Shown one piece after another: positions 46,484 to 56,474 of a stretch of DNA of 64,000 bases. Source of the DNA: Candidatus Latescibacterota bacterium (GTDB taxonomy: Bacteria > Latescibacterota > UBA2968 > UBA8231); assembly GCA_965219385.1 (NCBI GenBank), contig CBDCNM010000002.1:1730936-1794935 (forward strand), written 5' to 3'. Below the pieces are notes generated by a model. That model was not told the DNA's origin. It did not search any database and saw only the letters and a program-made list of their open reading frames with translations. The translations under genes were made by a program, and so were the position numbers. Within the stretch, counting starts at the first letter, position 1, and every line of letters begins with the position of its first letter.

Positions 46484-47413
46484 ATGATCGAGAATAAAGT
46501 TCTGGGTGCCTATGCCTCGGTGGGTAGCCTTTCGGCGGCCGAGCAGGCCGAATGGTACGGCAAGGCCGCGCGCGAATGGGGCATAAACACCTTTGAAATT
46601 CCCCTCCTGGCCGGCGTCCCTCTGGCACCGGAACTGGTCGAAGTCTTCGCCGAGGTATCCGCCTCACTGGTGGTGACCCTGGTGGCTCAGTGGGCTACGA
46701 CCGGACAGGAGAATCCGGCCTATGGGCTTTCTTCGCTGGATGAAGCCTCGCGCCGAACCGCGCTCCTCGATGCCCAGTCCATCCTCCAGCAATGCCTGTC
46801 TCTGTCCCGGCAGGGAGTGGGGATCCGCCATGTGGCGGTGCACACCGGGCAGGAAACTGGGGGAGATCTTCCCCACGCCCTTGCCCTGCACCGCAGCTTG
46901 AGCGCATTGCGCCAGACCATGGCCGTGGTGCTGCCGGCCAGCGGCCTGGCCGTGGAAGTGGCCGATAGCCGTCCCGCAGACCATCCCATAGCCTTCCCGG
47001 CCGCCAAAAAGTCCTCGCTCAAGCTGCCCGAACTCATCCAGACCGTGGCCGCGGTGAACCGCGATCCGGGGCCGCCCATTTCCCTGATCGCGAACTGGGG
47101 CCGCCTGTTGATCAACGGCAGTGAGCCCCTGGCCGGCATCGAGCAGATCCTGGAATCGGAGGTGCCGCTGGCCGGCGTGATTCTGTCCGGGGCCGGGGCC
47201 TCGCCGGATGGCTTCATGGATTCGCACAACTCCCACCTCGACCCTCAGAGTGGCTTTACGGAGGGGGATTTCCAGGCCTGTGCCGGGGTGTTGAGATCGA
47301 GTCCGGATCCGGTATTCATCGGCATGAAGTGCAGTGTTGCCAGCAGCGGTGAGCCGCTGTCGACCGCACAGGTGTTGACCGCGCAAGCGGAGTTGCTCGC
47401 AGAGGTGAGTTGA
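46484..47413 (+). CDS. DUF4862-like TIM-barrel protein
   Basis: VLGAYAS N-terminus, YGLSSLDEASR and NWGR motifs. Confidence 0.6.
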   Translation: MIENKVLGAYASVGSLSAAEQAEWYGKAAREWGINTFEIPLLAGVPLAPELVEVFAEVSASLVVTLVAQWATTGQENPAYGLSSLDEASRRTALLDAQSILQQCLSLSRQGVGIRHVAVHTGQETGGDLPHALALHRSLSALRQTMAVVLPASGLAVEVADSRPADHPIAFPAAKKSSLKLPELIQTVAAVNRDPGPPISLIANWGRLLINGSEPLAGIEQILESEVPLAGVILSGAGASPDGFMDSHNSHLDPQSGFTEGDFQACAGVLRSSPDPVFIGMKCSVASSGEPLSTAQVLTAQAELLAEVS

Positions 47414-47853
47414 TGGTCCCCGCCTTGGTCTTGATTTTGAGCGCCAGTTGGGTTCTGGCAGGGTGTGGAGGTGGGCAAAGTGAACGGGATCCCGCCCTCT
47501 CGGGGCCGCTGTACTACTATATCGCGGCGCAGGAAGCCCTGGCCGGCGACGATTTCGCCAGCGCTCAAAAAGCCCTGCAAGCCCTGGCCGGACAGGTGGA
47601 GGAGACCCTGAAGGTGCAGGTGGATACAGCGGCTGGCGCGGGGGATATCAAGTCCATGCGGACCGCCTTCAAACCGCTCTCGGAGGAATTTGCGGTCCTG
47701 GAGATCCCCGCTGGATACGCCCTGGCCTACTGCCCTATGGCCGACGACGACAAAGGGGCGCGCTGGATTCAGAAAAAAGGCGAAATCGCCAATCCCTATT
47801 TTGGGGCATCCATGCTGCACTGCGGCGTCTTCGAGGAGGCCAAAGAGCCGTGA
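47413..47853 (+). CDS. DUF3347-like lipoprotein (possibly metal-binding)
   Basis: Lipobox LAGC; YCPMA...ARW...IANPYFGASMLHCG. Confidence 0.8.
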   Translation: MVPALVLILSASWVLAGCGGGQSERDPALSGPLYYYIAAQEALAGDDFASAQKALQALAGQVEETLKVQVDTAAGAGDIKSMRTAFKPLSEEFAVLEIPAGYALAYCPMADDDKGARWIQKKGEIANPYFGASMLHCGVFEEAKEP

Positions 47854-47893
47854 GATCCGGGCTCCTCGCCTGCGGTCCGGGCCCTGTGTTTTC

Positions 47894-48868
47894 TCACTGA
47901 AGCGCGTCGGGGTTTATGGTGTGTTCAGGGGTCCGGCCGTGCAGCACGTCCAGCACTCCCTGGGCGACCTGGAGGGACATGTTCTCCTGGGACTGCTGCG
48001 TCAGCCCGGCGATGTGGGGCGTGAGCAGGGCATTGGGCGCCTGGGAAAGCGGATGGCCGCTGGGGACCGGCTCCGCTTCGAAGACATCCAGGGCCGCCCC
48101 GGTCAGGGTGCCCTGGTGCAGGGCCTTTGCCAGGGCCACCTCGTCAATCACCCCGCCTCTGGAGGTATTGACGATTATACACCCAGGGCCGAGGAGTTTC
48201 AGGGTCTCCTCATTGATCAGGTGGTGGGTGCCAGGGGTCAGGGGCACGTGGATGCTCAAAAAATCCACCCTGGGGAGCAGCTCTTCCAGAGAATCCTCCA
48301 AAATGGCCGGGCCCGCGTAGCTGGTTTTGTCCACGAAGGGGTCGTAGCCGCGCACCTTCATGTTCAGCCCGAAGGCGGCCATCTGGGTAAGCCGGACGCC
48401 GACCCGACCCAGCCCAATGACCCCCAGGGTTTTCCCGGCCAGTTCGATCCCCTTGAAACCATCCCGCTCGCTGAAGCGCCCCTCTTTCAGGGCGGTCTGG
48501 GCCGGCAGGATCTGGCGGCCCAGGGTCAGGATCATGGCCAGGGCGTGTTCGGCGACCGCGTTGCTGTTGGCGGTGGGGGTATAGACCACTGGAATGTTCC
48601 AGGCCGCAGCGGCCCGGCAGTCGATTTTATCCACGCCCACCCCGTGCTTGCCGATGACCTTGAGGTTTTTCGCCTGTTGTAGATCCTGTTCGTCAATGGT
48701 GAAGAGGCGGACGATCACGGCGTCCGCCTCGTAGAGAATTTCCCTGAACTGGTCGTCGTCCGGCAGAAAGGTGCCATCCTGCCACGGGACCTGGCACTGG
48801 CACCCCTCGCGGAGCAGGTCCAGGCCGCATTGAGCAATGATTTCCGGTACAAAAACCATGGGGTTCAT
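47894..48868 (-). CDS. D-2-hydroxyacid dehydrogenase (SerA-like)
   Basis: HGVGVDKID, GVIGLGRVG, VNTSRGG, LDVFEAEP, LTPHIAG. Confidence 0.9.
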   Translation of the reverse strand: MNPMVFVPEIIAQCGLDLLREGCQCQVPWQDGTFLPDDDQFREILYEADAVIVRLFTIDEQDLQQAKNLKVIGKHGVGVDKIDCRAAAAWNIPVVYTPTANSNAVAEHALAMILTLGRQILPAQTALKEGRFSERDGFKGIELAGKTLGVIGLGRVGVRLTQMAAFGLNMKVRGYDPFVDKTSYAGPAILEDSLEELLPRVDFLSIHVPLTPGTHHLINEETLKLLGPGCIIVNTSRGGVIDEVALAKALHQGTLTGAALDVFEAEPVPSGHPLSQAPNALLTPHIAGLTQQSQENMSLQVAQGVLDVLHGRTPEHTINPDALQ

Positions 48869-48875
48869 GCGCCGC

Positions 48876-49709
48876 TCAGTTTTGGGGACGTTTGGGCGGA
48901 GTGGCCTGGACCCCCACCAGGCCCCCGCTGACCCGGAGAACTTCACCGGTGATCCAGGAGGCGGCCGGGCTGCACAGAAAGGCGACCCCGCGGGCGATGT
49001 CGAAGGGCTCGCCCCAGCGCCCCAGGGGGATGGCGCCGCGGATGCGCTCAATCATCTCCTCTTCGGTGAGGTTGAGGGTCTTGCAGCGCTGGGCCATATT
49101 CGACTTGTTGAAATCGGTGTAGACCGGTCCCGGGCACACCGCGTTGACCCGCACCCCATAGGCGGCCAGCTCCAGGGCCAGGGTCTGGGTCAGGCTGATG
49201 ATGCCGGCCTTGGCCACGTTGTAGGCGGCCACCAGGGCGGCCGGACTCTGGCCGTTGATCGAGGAGATATTGACGATGCAGCCGGACTCTTGCTCCTCCA
49301 TGATGCCCCCGGCGGCGCGACAGCAGTAGAACGCTCCGGTCAGGGTGATGTCCATTACCCGGTTCCACTCCCGATCGGTTATTTCCACGATGGGGCCGAC
49401 CTTCTGGCCGACGCCGGCGTTGTTGACCAGGATATCCAGGTGGCCGCGCTCGGCGGCCAGGTTTTCGAAAAAGGCGCTCACCGCGGTGCTGTCGGTGACG
49501 TCCAGGTGGGAGGCCTCCACCTTCAGGCCCTGTTGCTGCAGCTGCACGGCTTCTTCCTGGGCCTTTTCGAGCTGCACATCGGCGACGATGGCGGTGGCGC
49601 CATCGCGCGCCAGTTGTTCGACCATGCCCAATCCCAGGCCCTGGGCCGCGCCGGTCACCACGGCGATGGAGCCGTCCAGGCGGTGTGGTGAGGTTGTTTC
49701 GGAAGTCAT
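48876..49709 (-). CDS. SDR family oxidoreductase
   Basis: VTGAAQGLG, NNAG, YNVAK, VNAVCPG. Confidence 0.93.
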   Translation of the reverse strand: MTSETTSPHRLDGSIAVVTGAAQGLGLGMVEQLARDGATAIVADVQLEKAQEEAVQLQQQGLKVEASHLDVTDSTAVSAFFENLAAERGHLDILVNNAGVGQKVGPIVEITDREWNRVMDITLTGAFYCCRAAGGIMEEQESGCIVNISSINGQSPAALVAAYNVAKAGIISLTQTLALELAAYGVRVNAVCPGPVYTDFNKSNMAQRCKTLNLTEEEMIERIRGAIPLGRWGEPFDIARGVAFLCSPAASWITGEVLRVSGGLVGVQATPPKRPQN

Positions 49710-49728
49710 TTTTTTCCTCGGTTAAAGA

Positions 49729-50889
49729 TTACAGGTCCACCCAGGTCGAACCGCTGTCGCACGACTCCACGGTCTTGTAGATGAACTCCATGCCGCGCAC
49801 CCCGTCGTGGACCGTGGGGAAGTTGTAGTCTTCAGTCTTCATGGGATCGCCGTCGATGTGGTTCCGGATGGCTTCGACCACGCCGTCGTAAATGGTGGCG
49901 AAAGCCTCCAGGTACCCCTCCGGGTGGCCGGTGGGGATGCGGGTGGCTCCGGCCGCGGCGTCGGAGAGATACCCCTGGCCGCGGGTCAGGACCTGGCGCG
50001 GTTCGCCGTAGCGGTTGAATTCGAGGTAGTTGGGATTCTCCTGGGACCATTTGACGGCGCCCCCGGAGGCGTAGACCCGCAAGGCCAGGCCGTTCTCTTC
50101 CCCGGTGGCCACCTGGCTGATGCTCAGCACGCCCTTGCCCCCGCCCTTGAAGCGCAGCAGGGCGTTGACGTCTTCGTCGAGCTGGCGGTCGGGCAGGAAG
50201 GTGCTCTTGTCGGCGCACAAGGCAATGATCGGATCCCCGGTGACGTACTCCAGCAGGTTGACGCAGTGGGTGCCCACATCGCCCATGGTGCCGCCGATAC
50301 CCGACTGGGCCGGGTCGACCCGCCAGGCCGCCTGCTTCATGCCCAGCTTTTCGTGCGGAACCATGAGGAAGTCCTGGAGGTACTCGACGATGACCTTGCG
50401 CACCTGGCCCATCTGGCCGGACTGGAAGAGGTGGCGGGCGTGGCGGATGAGAGGGTGGCCGGTGTAGTTGTGGGTCAGACCGAAGACCAGCCCCGAGCCT
50501 TCCACCAGCGCGGCCAGTTCCCGGGCCTCGTCCAGGGTGTGGGTCATGGGTTTGTCGCAGACCACGTGGAAGCCGGCCTCCAGGAAGGTTTTGGCGATGG
50601 CGAAGTGGGAGACGTTGGGCGTCACAATGGTCGCGAAGTCGATGCGCTCGTCCTCGGGGAGGTCGGCCTCGGCGCCGGCCATGTCGGCGTAGGTGTCGTA
50701 GCAGCGGGTCGGGGCGAGGTAGAGCTCGGCGCCGGTGGTCCGGGTATTTTCGGGATCCTGCGAGAAGCAGCCGGCCACCAGTTCGATCTGCAGGTCGAGG
50801 GCGGCCACCATGCGGTGCACGCCGCCGATGAAGGCGCCCTGGCCGCCGCCGACCATGCCCATGCGCAATTTGCGTTTCCAGGAATCCAT
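49729..50889 (-). CDS. Gfo/Idh/MocA family oxidoreductase
   Basis: GMVGGGQGAFIGGVHR, VVCDKP, GDVGTH, GHPEGYLEAFA. Confidence 0.92.
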   Translation of the reverse strand: MDSWKRKLRMGMVGGGQGAFIGGVHRMVAALDLQIELVAGCFSQDPENTRTTGAELYLAPTRCYDTYADMAGAEADLPEDERIDFATIVTPNVSHFAIAKTFLEAGFHVVCDKPMTHTLDEARELAALVEGSGLVFGLTHNYTGHPLIRHARHLFQSGQMGQVRKVIVEYLQDFLMVPHEKLGMKQAAWRVDPAQSGIGGTMGDVGTHCVNLLEYVTGDPIIALCADKSTFLPDRQLDEDVNALLRFKGGGKGVLSISQVATGEENGLALRVYASGGAVKWSQENPNYLEFNRYGEPRQVLTRGQGYLSDAAAGATRIPTGHPEGYLEAFATIYDGVVEAIRNHIDGDPMKTEDYNFPTVHDGVRGMEFIYKTVESCDSGSTWVDL

Positions 50890-50918
50890 TTCCGGGGGTC
50901 TCCTTGTCAGTGTTTGGT

Positions 50919-51968
50919 TTAACTCAAGCCGAGAATTTTTCTGTTGGCCGCCACGTCCGCCTGGCCGCCGGCAAAGTCGTCGAAGGCCACGTCCGTGGTC
51001 TGAATGAGGTGTTGTGCGATAAAGGGGGCACCTTCGGCCGCGCCCTGCTCGGGGCTCTTGATGCAGCATTCCCACTCCAGCACGGCCCAGCTGTCGTAAC
51101 CGGCCTCGGTGAGCAGGGTGAAGACGCGGGAAAAGGCGACCTGGCCATCTCCGGGGGAGCGGAAGCGCGCCGCCCTGCCGGTCCAGGGCTGGTACCCGCC
51201 GTAGACCCCAACCCGGCCGCTGGGACAGAACTCGGCGTCCTTGACGTGAAAGCCCTTGATGCGGTCGCCGTAGAGCTGGATGAACTGCAGGTAGTCCAGC
51301 TGCTGCATGAGGAAGTGGCTCGGGTCGTAGTTGAGGCAGGCGGCCTCGTGCCCGTCGGTGTGGTCGAGGAACATCTCGAAGGTCGCCCCATCGAAGATAT
51401 CGGAGCCCGGATGCAATTCAAAGCCGATCGCGGTGCCGTGGTCGGCGGCCTGGTCCAGGAGGGGACGCCAGAGCCTGGCCAGCTCCTTGAAGGCTTCGTC
51501 GATGATGCCCTCGGGCCGCTGCGGCCAGGGGTAGAGCATGTGCCAGGCAAAGCTGCCGGACAGCACCGGGATGACCTGGGTGCCCATGTGGGCCGAGGCG
51601 CGGATGGTCTTCTCCACTTCGCCGGCGGCCCACCGGGTCCTTTCTTCGCCCTTCAGACCGGGGGGATGAAACCCCTCGAAGAGGACCTCGTAGGCCGGGT
51701 GCATGACCAGGACCTGCCCGGCCAGGTACGCGGCCAGTTCAGTGGGTTCGAGGCCCATCCCCCGGAGCTTGCCTTTGTAGTCGTCGCAGTAGGTTTTGGA
51801 TTCGGCGGCCTGGTCGATATCGATGGCGCGGCCGTCCCAGGCCGGGATCTGCACCCCTTTGTAGCCCAGGCCGGCGACCCACGGACCGATATTGTCGATG
51901 CTGTTGTAGGGTTCTTCGTCGCGCATGAACTGGGCCAGGAAAATGGCCGGACCTTTGATGCTGGCCAT
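50919..51968 (-). CDS. Sugar phosphate isomerase/epimerase (AP endonuclease 2 TIM barrel)
   Basis: GPAIFLAQF, FELHPG, YDPSHF, FHVKDAEF, VLEWECC. Confidence 0.9.
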   Translation of the reverse strand: MASIKGPAIFLAQFMRDEEPYNSIDNIGPWVAGLGYKGVQIPAWDGRAIDIDQAAESKTYCDDYKGKLRGMGLEPTELAAYLAGQVLVMHPAYEVLFEGFHPPGLKGEERTRWAAGEVEKTIRASAHMGTQVIPVLSGSFAWHMLYPWPQRPEGIIDEAFKELARLWRPLLDQAADHGTAIGFELHPGSDIFDGATFEMFLDHTDGHEAACLNYDPSHFLMQQLDYLQFIQLYGDRIKGFHVKDAEFCPSGRVGVYGGYQPWTGRAARFRSPGDGQVAFSRVFTLLTEAGYDSWAVLEWECCIKSPEQGAAEGAPFIAQHLIQTTDVAFDDFAGGQADVAANRKILGLS

Positions 51969-51979
51969 GCTCTACTCCT

Positions 51980-52809
51980 TCAGGTTACAGGTTCGGGGGC
52001 GTGGTCGATGAAACAGGCTCGGGCAAAGGGCAGGTGGGTTGCGCCCCGGGCCAGGATGTGGCTGGCGTTGCCGTGGCCCCACTCGGTGTAGGAGCGAGCG
52101 TTGGCGTAGTGGCAGACGTAGGCGCGGCGCAAGCGGTCCGCGCTGCGGTTCTGGTGCGAGCGATGGATGAGGTGGCCGTGGGGAAAAAGATCACCTCCCC
52201 GGCCCGGGCCTCGGCCAGGATTTCGCGACTGGTTTCCACCCCGGCGATTTCGGTCAGGCCCGCCTTGAAATCCCGGGTGTTTTCAGGCTGGGTCACTTCG
52301 TGGTAGATTGGATCGAGGTTGGTGCCGGGGATAAAGCTCATGCAGCCGTTTTCCTCGTCGCAGTCGTCGATGGCGATCCAGGTGTCGGGGGCGGTTTTGA
52401 TGTAGTAGGAATCCTGGTGAAAGGCCTGGCCGGGCTGGCCGGGGGGCTTGAGGAAGAGCATGGACTGCATGGCCATCAGGTCGGGGCCGATGAGCACTTC
52501 GAGGACGTCCAGGACGCGCGGGTGCAGCAAAAAGCGCTCGTGGATTTCGAGGTGGCGGTGGAACTGGATGAAGCGGAAGTAGCGGTCCTCGGCCGCGGCC
52601 GGCGAGCGCTCGTCGGTTGCGGCCGGGGGCTCTACACCTTCGAGGTGGTCCAGGTCCACCTTGTCGAGGGCCAGGTTCATGGAGTGTTGGTCCAGCTCGG
52701 ACAGCTCGGCGTCGGTGAGCAGGCTTTCGACCTTGAGGTAGCCTTTGTGGCCGAAGAAGCGGCGCTCTTCGAGACTTACCTGGTATTTTTGTCTTTCGAG
52801 GGTGGTCAT
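51980..52809 (-). pseudogene. Phytanoyl-CoA dioxygenase family protein, frameshifted
   Basis: FHQDSYY and WIAIDD..EENGC; after GEVIFF (~52185) the conserved HGHLIHRS..NRS..RRAYVCHY continues in another frame. Confidence 0.75.
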
Positions 52810-52962
52810 GGGTTTTTCGGTTTCTTTAGGATTATTATGTTCTTCCATTTTCGCACCGGTGTCAAGCTTACCTGGCCTTTGCCGCAAGGGATGTCATTGG
52901 GGGCGGATTGGCGCTGGTGACGACGAAGTCCCGGGCGGGACGGGGCGGGTTACCCCAGTGGC

Positions 52963-55000
52963 TCAGGGTTCGAGCAGGAACACCCGGGTCTCCGGAGGAT
53001 CCAGGTCGAATTCGATCTCGGAGGTATTCCGGGCATACTCGGTGTTGGCGACCACATCGCGCACATTCGAAGGGGCGGGCAGGACGAGGCGCTTAGGGCC
53101 GCCCTTGAGGGAGTGCAGCGCCACCATGCTGCTGTTGGCCAGCACGATGTCGTTGGACTCGCAGTACACGTGCGCCCCGGCAAAGCGGGCGATGTTGCGC
53201 CACAGACTGGCCAGCAACTGGACCGCGGCCATGAAAAGGGCGGCCCAGTTGCCCGGGGCACCCCTGCCGAATTCTTTCAGGGACATGCCGATGTGGTTGT
53301 GGCCGCCCTTGGTCCAGGCCAGGCCCAACTCCAGGCCGTCGGTGGGCAACAGGATCGGGCCGTAGGGCAGGGGGCCGCCGATCACGGTGGCGGCCCTCAG
53401 GTTGTGGGTGAGCGGATGATCGAAGCGGGAGAGGAGGATGCGGCGCGCGGCATTGGCCGGCAGCATCTCGAAGTGGAAGTGGAAGCCGGTGAGCCGGGTG
53501 GCCGCGGCCGGGCTGATTTGTTGGCCGTCCGAGATGCCCGAGCCGGGGCCCCACACCACCACCTTGCCAGCGCGGAAAACCTTTTGTTGTAATATTTCCA
53601 TCCTCTTTTCGTCGACGCGGAAGAGGTTGGGGAAGTAGAAGACCCGGTGGGGCGGGAAGTTTTCCAGCTCCAGGTCCTCGAACAGGTAGATGCGGTGGGG
53701 CACGCCGCAGCGGGCCAAGCCCATTTTCTGCTCCCACATGATGGCTTCGTTGAGGAAGTTGCCGTTGGTCTCCAGGACGCCCGAGTCGTCCAGGACCATG
53801 GCGATGCCGGGCATGGTCCGGTGCGACCAGCGGATGGATTCCTTGATGGCGTCGAGGTGGCGCCGCACCATGTGCTGGACCTGATCCTCTTCGAACCAGT
53901 CGTGCACGGTGAAGCCGTGCATCCAGTAGGAGTTGAAGCCGCGGGTAAAGCTGGTGGCGAAGTTGCGCCAGACAAGGGCCTGCAACTCCCGCGGATCGCG
54001 GGCCGCACCGATATGGCCCGAGCCGGCCATGAACTCGGGGTAGGCCGGACTCCAGGAGATGTGGCGACCGAAATTGTCGTAGCCGAAAAACCCGTAGAGG
54101 TTCCAGCCGAGCATGGCCTGCTTGAGGGCGTCGTGAAGGAAGAGGACCCTGCCGGTCCGCGGCCTTGGCCATGGCGCCGGCCAGCTGGCGGAAGCGCTGG
54201 TGCCACAGATCCCGATTCAGTTCCAGGTAGTCGCGCAGGTCCTGGTTGTCCGCTCCGGCCTGCCAGTAGGCGATCTGGGTGAAATCCGGCACCGATCCGC
54301 GCAGGCGGTCCCTGGGGACCGCCTGCGTTTGCAAAGCTCAGGTCCGGATCGTCGTAGGCTTTTTGCAGCGCCTCCTCGGTGGGGTACTTTTCTGCGAGGA
54401 AGCGGCGCCACTTGTGGAGCATGAAGGGGTTGTGGTCGAAGAGCCAGCCCTGCGCCACCGGCGTGGCAGCCTTCGCAGTAGTGGAAGTTGGCGTAGCCCA
54501 GAACCCGGTGGGCCCAAGGCCGCGCTTCCAGGTACTCGACCAGGGCCGCCGAGTACCTGGAGGCCATTTCCCAGAACAGGTCCGAGGCCAAGGAGGGGGT
54601 GTCCAGGACCTCGCCTTCTTCGGTGATGAAGTAGCCGGGTGGAGTTCGCACCACGAGCGCGGATCGCGGGTGCCGAAGCGCACCATAAGGTAGGCGTCCG
54701 GGGCGTGGTCCAGGGCGTATTCAGCCTGCTGATCCAGGTCGAGCAGGCCGGGCTCGGAAGCGGTTAGGGGTTGGCTGGAGACCTGGTCGCCGACCCAGAA
54801 CATCCGGCAGTGGTAGTCGCCGGGAGCGGGCATGGGTTCGATCAGGTAGACCCCCATTTTGTGCTTGCTGAAGAGCGGCACGTGGTCGCGCTGGAAGTTG
54901 TAGCCGGGCAGAGGGTGGGGTTCGCCGTCAATGAAGACGGTGGGCCGACCCAGATGGGGCCGGAGCTCTACTTTGTGGTTTTTGTTTGCGCGTTGGGCAT
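52963..55000 (-). pseudogene. Glycoside hydrolase (beta-galactosidase/GH42-like) gene with several frameshifts
   Basis: Consecutive protein-like segments in different frames (ELRPHLGRPTVFIDG; PSLASDLFWE; WRRFLAEKY; LRDYLE; MLGWN...PPETRVFLL). Confidence 0.6.
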
Positions 55001-55008
55001 GGCCGGCC

Positions 55009-55995
55009 TCAAACGATCTGGTTGAGCAATTCCTGCTCGCCGCGTTCGAGGCGGGCGATGTTCTCCATGAGGATATCGATCACATTGGATTCGTAGGCCC
55101 GGGTCTCGCCGGCGGAGTGGGGCGTGATGATCGCGTTTTCCAGATCCCAGAACGGGCTGTCCCCGGCCGGGGTCTCCCCCTCGAAGGTGTCGAGGCCGGC
55201 CCCGGCGATGGTGTTGTGGCGCAGCGCCTCGATCAGGGCTTCCTCGTCGACGCAGGCGCCGCGGGCCACATTGATCAGGAAAGCGCTGGGTTTCATTTTC
55301 TCGAGCGCATTCCGGTCAATGAGGCCCCGGGTTTCAGGGGTGAGGGGGCAGTTGAGCACCACCACATCGGCCTGCGCTAGCAACTCGTCGAGCCGCGCCG
55401 CGGGCAGGACTTCGTCGGCCGGCCCTTCGCAGGTAGAGGGGTCGCGCTTGGTGGCCACGACCCGCATTTCAAAGGCCTTGCCCAGGCGGGCGACGCGGGA
55501 GCCGATGTGGCCCATGCCGATGATCCCCAGGGTCTTGCCGGCCAACTCGTCCTCGCGCGCGGGAATGTCGGAGATCATCGGGCGCCAGAACCTTTGCTTC
55601 TGGTGGTCGCGGGCCTGGTGGATCTGACGGGTGAGTCCCAGGATCAGGGCAAAGGTGTGGTCGCTCACGGCATTGCGGTTGACGCCCCGGGCATTGGACA
55701 GGCGGATGTTGCGCCGGCGCAACTCCTCGAGCGGAAACTGGTCGTAGCCGGCGCCGATGGACTGGATGTAGTGCAGCCTGGGCGCGGCTTCGAGCAGGTC
55801 GTCCTGCCACAGGCCGGAGATGACCAGCACGTCGGCTTCGGGCAACCGGGTCCGGGTATCCTCCAGGTTCCAGGTCTGCACGTGGGCGATACCGGTGTTG
55901 CGCCGGGCAAAGGCCGTCTTCATCTGGTAGGCCACGTGGGCAAAGCAGATCGCAAGTTCGGAGATGGGAGGAAAGGAGGCGGATTGTCGGGGCAT
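55009..55995 (-). CDS. D-2-hydroxyacid dehydrogenase
   Basis: IGAGYDQF, GIIGMGHIG, INVARG, ITPHSAG. Confidence 0.9.
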   Translation of the reverse strand: MPRQSASFPPISELAICFAHVAYQMKTAFARRNTGIAHVQTWNLEDTRTRLPEADVLVISGLWQDDLLEAAPRLHYIQSIGAGYDQFPLEELRRRNIRLSNARGVNRNAVSDHTFALILGLTRQIHQARDHQKQRFWRPMISDIPAREDELAGKTLGIIGMGHIGSRVARLGKAFEMRVVATKRDPSTCEGPADEVLPAARLDELLAQADVVVLNCPLTPETRGLIDRNALEKMKPSAFLINVARGACVDEEALIEALRHNTIAGAGLDTFEGETPAGDSPFWDLENAIITPHSAGETRAYESNVIDILMENIARLERGEQELLNQIV

Positions 55996-56063
55996 GGTGG
56001 TCTCCCAGATGGATAACTGTCATTATTTATTGGTAGAGATATTCATTTTTTGCCGTGGTAAAA

Positions 56064-56092
56064 ATAAAAAAGGGCTCTCAAAACGAGAGCCC
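56064..56092 (-). terminator. Rho-independent terminator of the tRNA cluster
   Basis: GGGCTCTC-GTTTT-GAGAGCCC stem followed by a T-run on the minus strand. Confidence 0.8.
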
Positions 56093-56133
56093 CTTTCCCT
56101 GTCCAAGTTAAGAATTTATTTGGACTTATTAAT

Positions 56134-56207
56134 TGGCTGCGCCCCAGGGATTCGAACCCCGATAACATGATCCAGAGTCATGTGTCCTGCCATTGAACGA
56201 GGGCGCA
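56134..56207 (-). tRNA. tRNA-Gln(CTG)
   Basis: Cloverleaf TGCGCCC...CATGA-CTCTGGA-TCATG...GGTTCGAATCC...GGGCGCA-GCCA. Confidence 0.95.
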
Positions 56208-56216
56208 GCTAAGAAG

Positions 56217-56309
<93 letters not shown>

Positions 56310-56343
56310 TTAAGAAGCCTCGTTTTTGAGACGGCACCTCTTC

Positions 56344-56430
56344 TGGCGGAGGGTGAGGGACTCGAACCCTCAAGGGCGTGAGCCCGGCGGTTTTCAAGAC
56401 CGCTGCCTTACCAATTAGGTCTAACCCTCC
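56344..56430 (-). tRNA. tRNA-Ser(TGA)
   Basis: GGAGGGT...GCGGT-CTTGAAA-ACCGC, long variable arm, GGTTCGAGTCC, CCA end. Confidence 0.95.
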
Positions 56431-56474
56431 GTTTTTTTCAGGTTTTTCAAATATAAGAGCCGCCCCCTGGAGCG

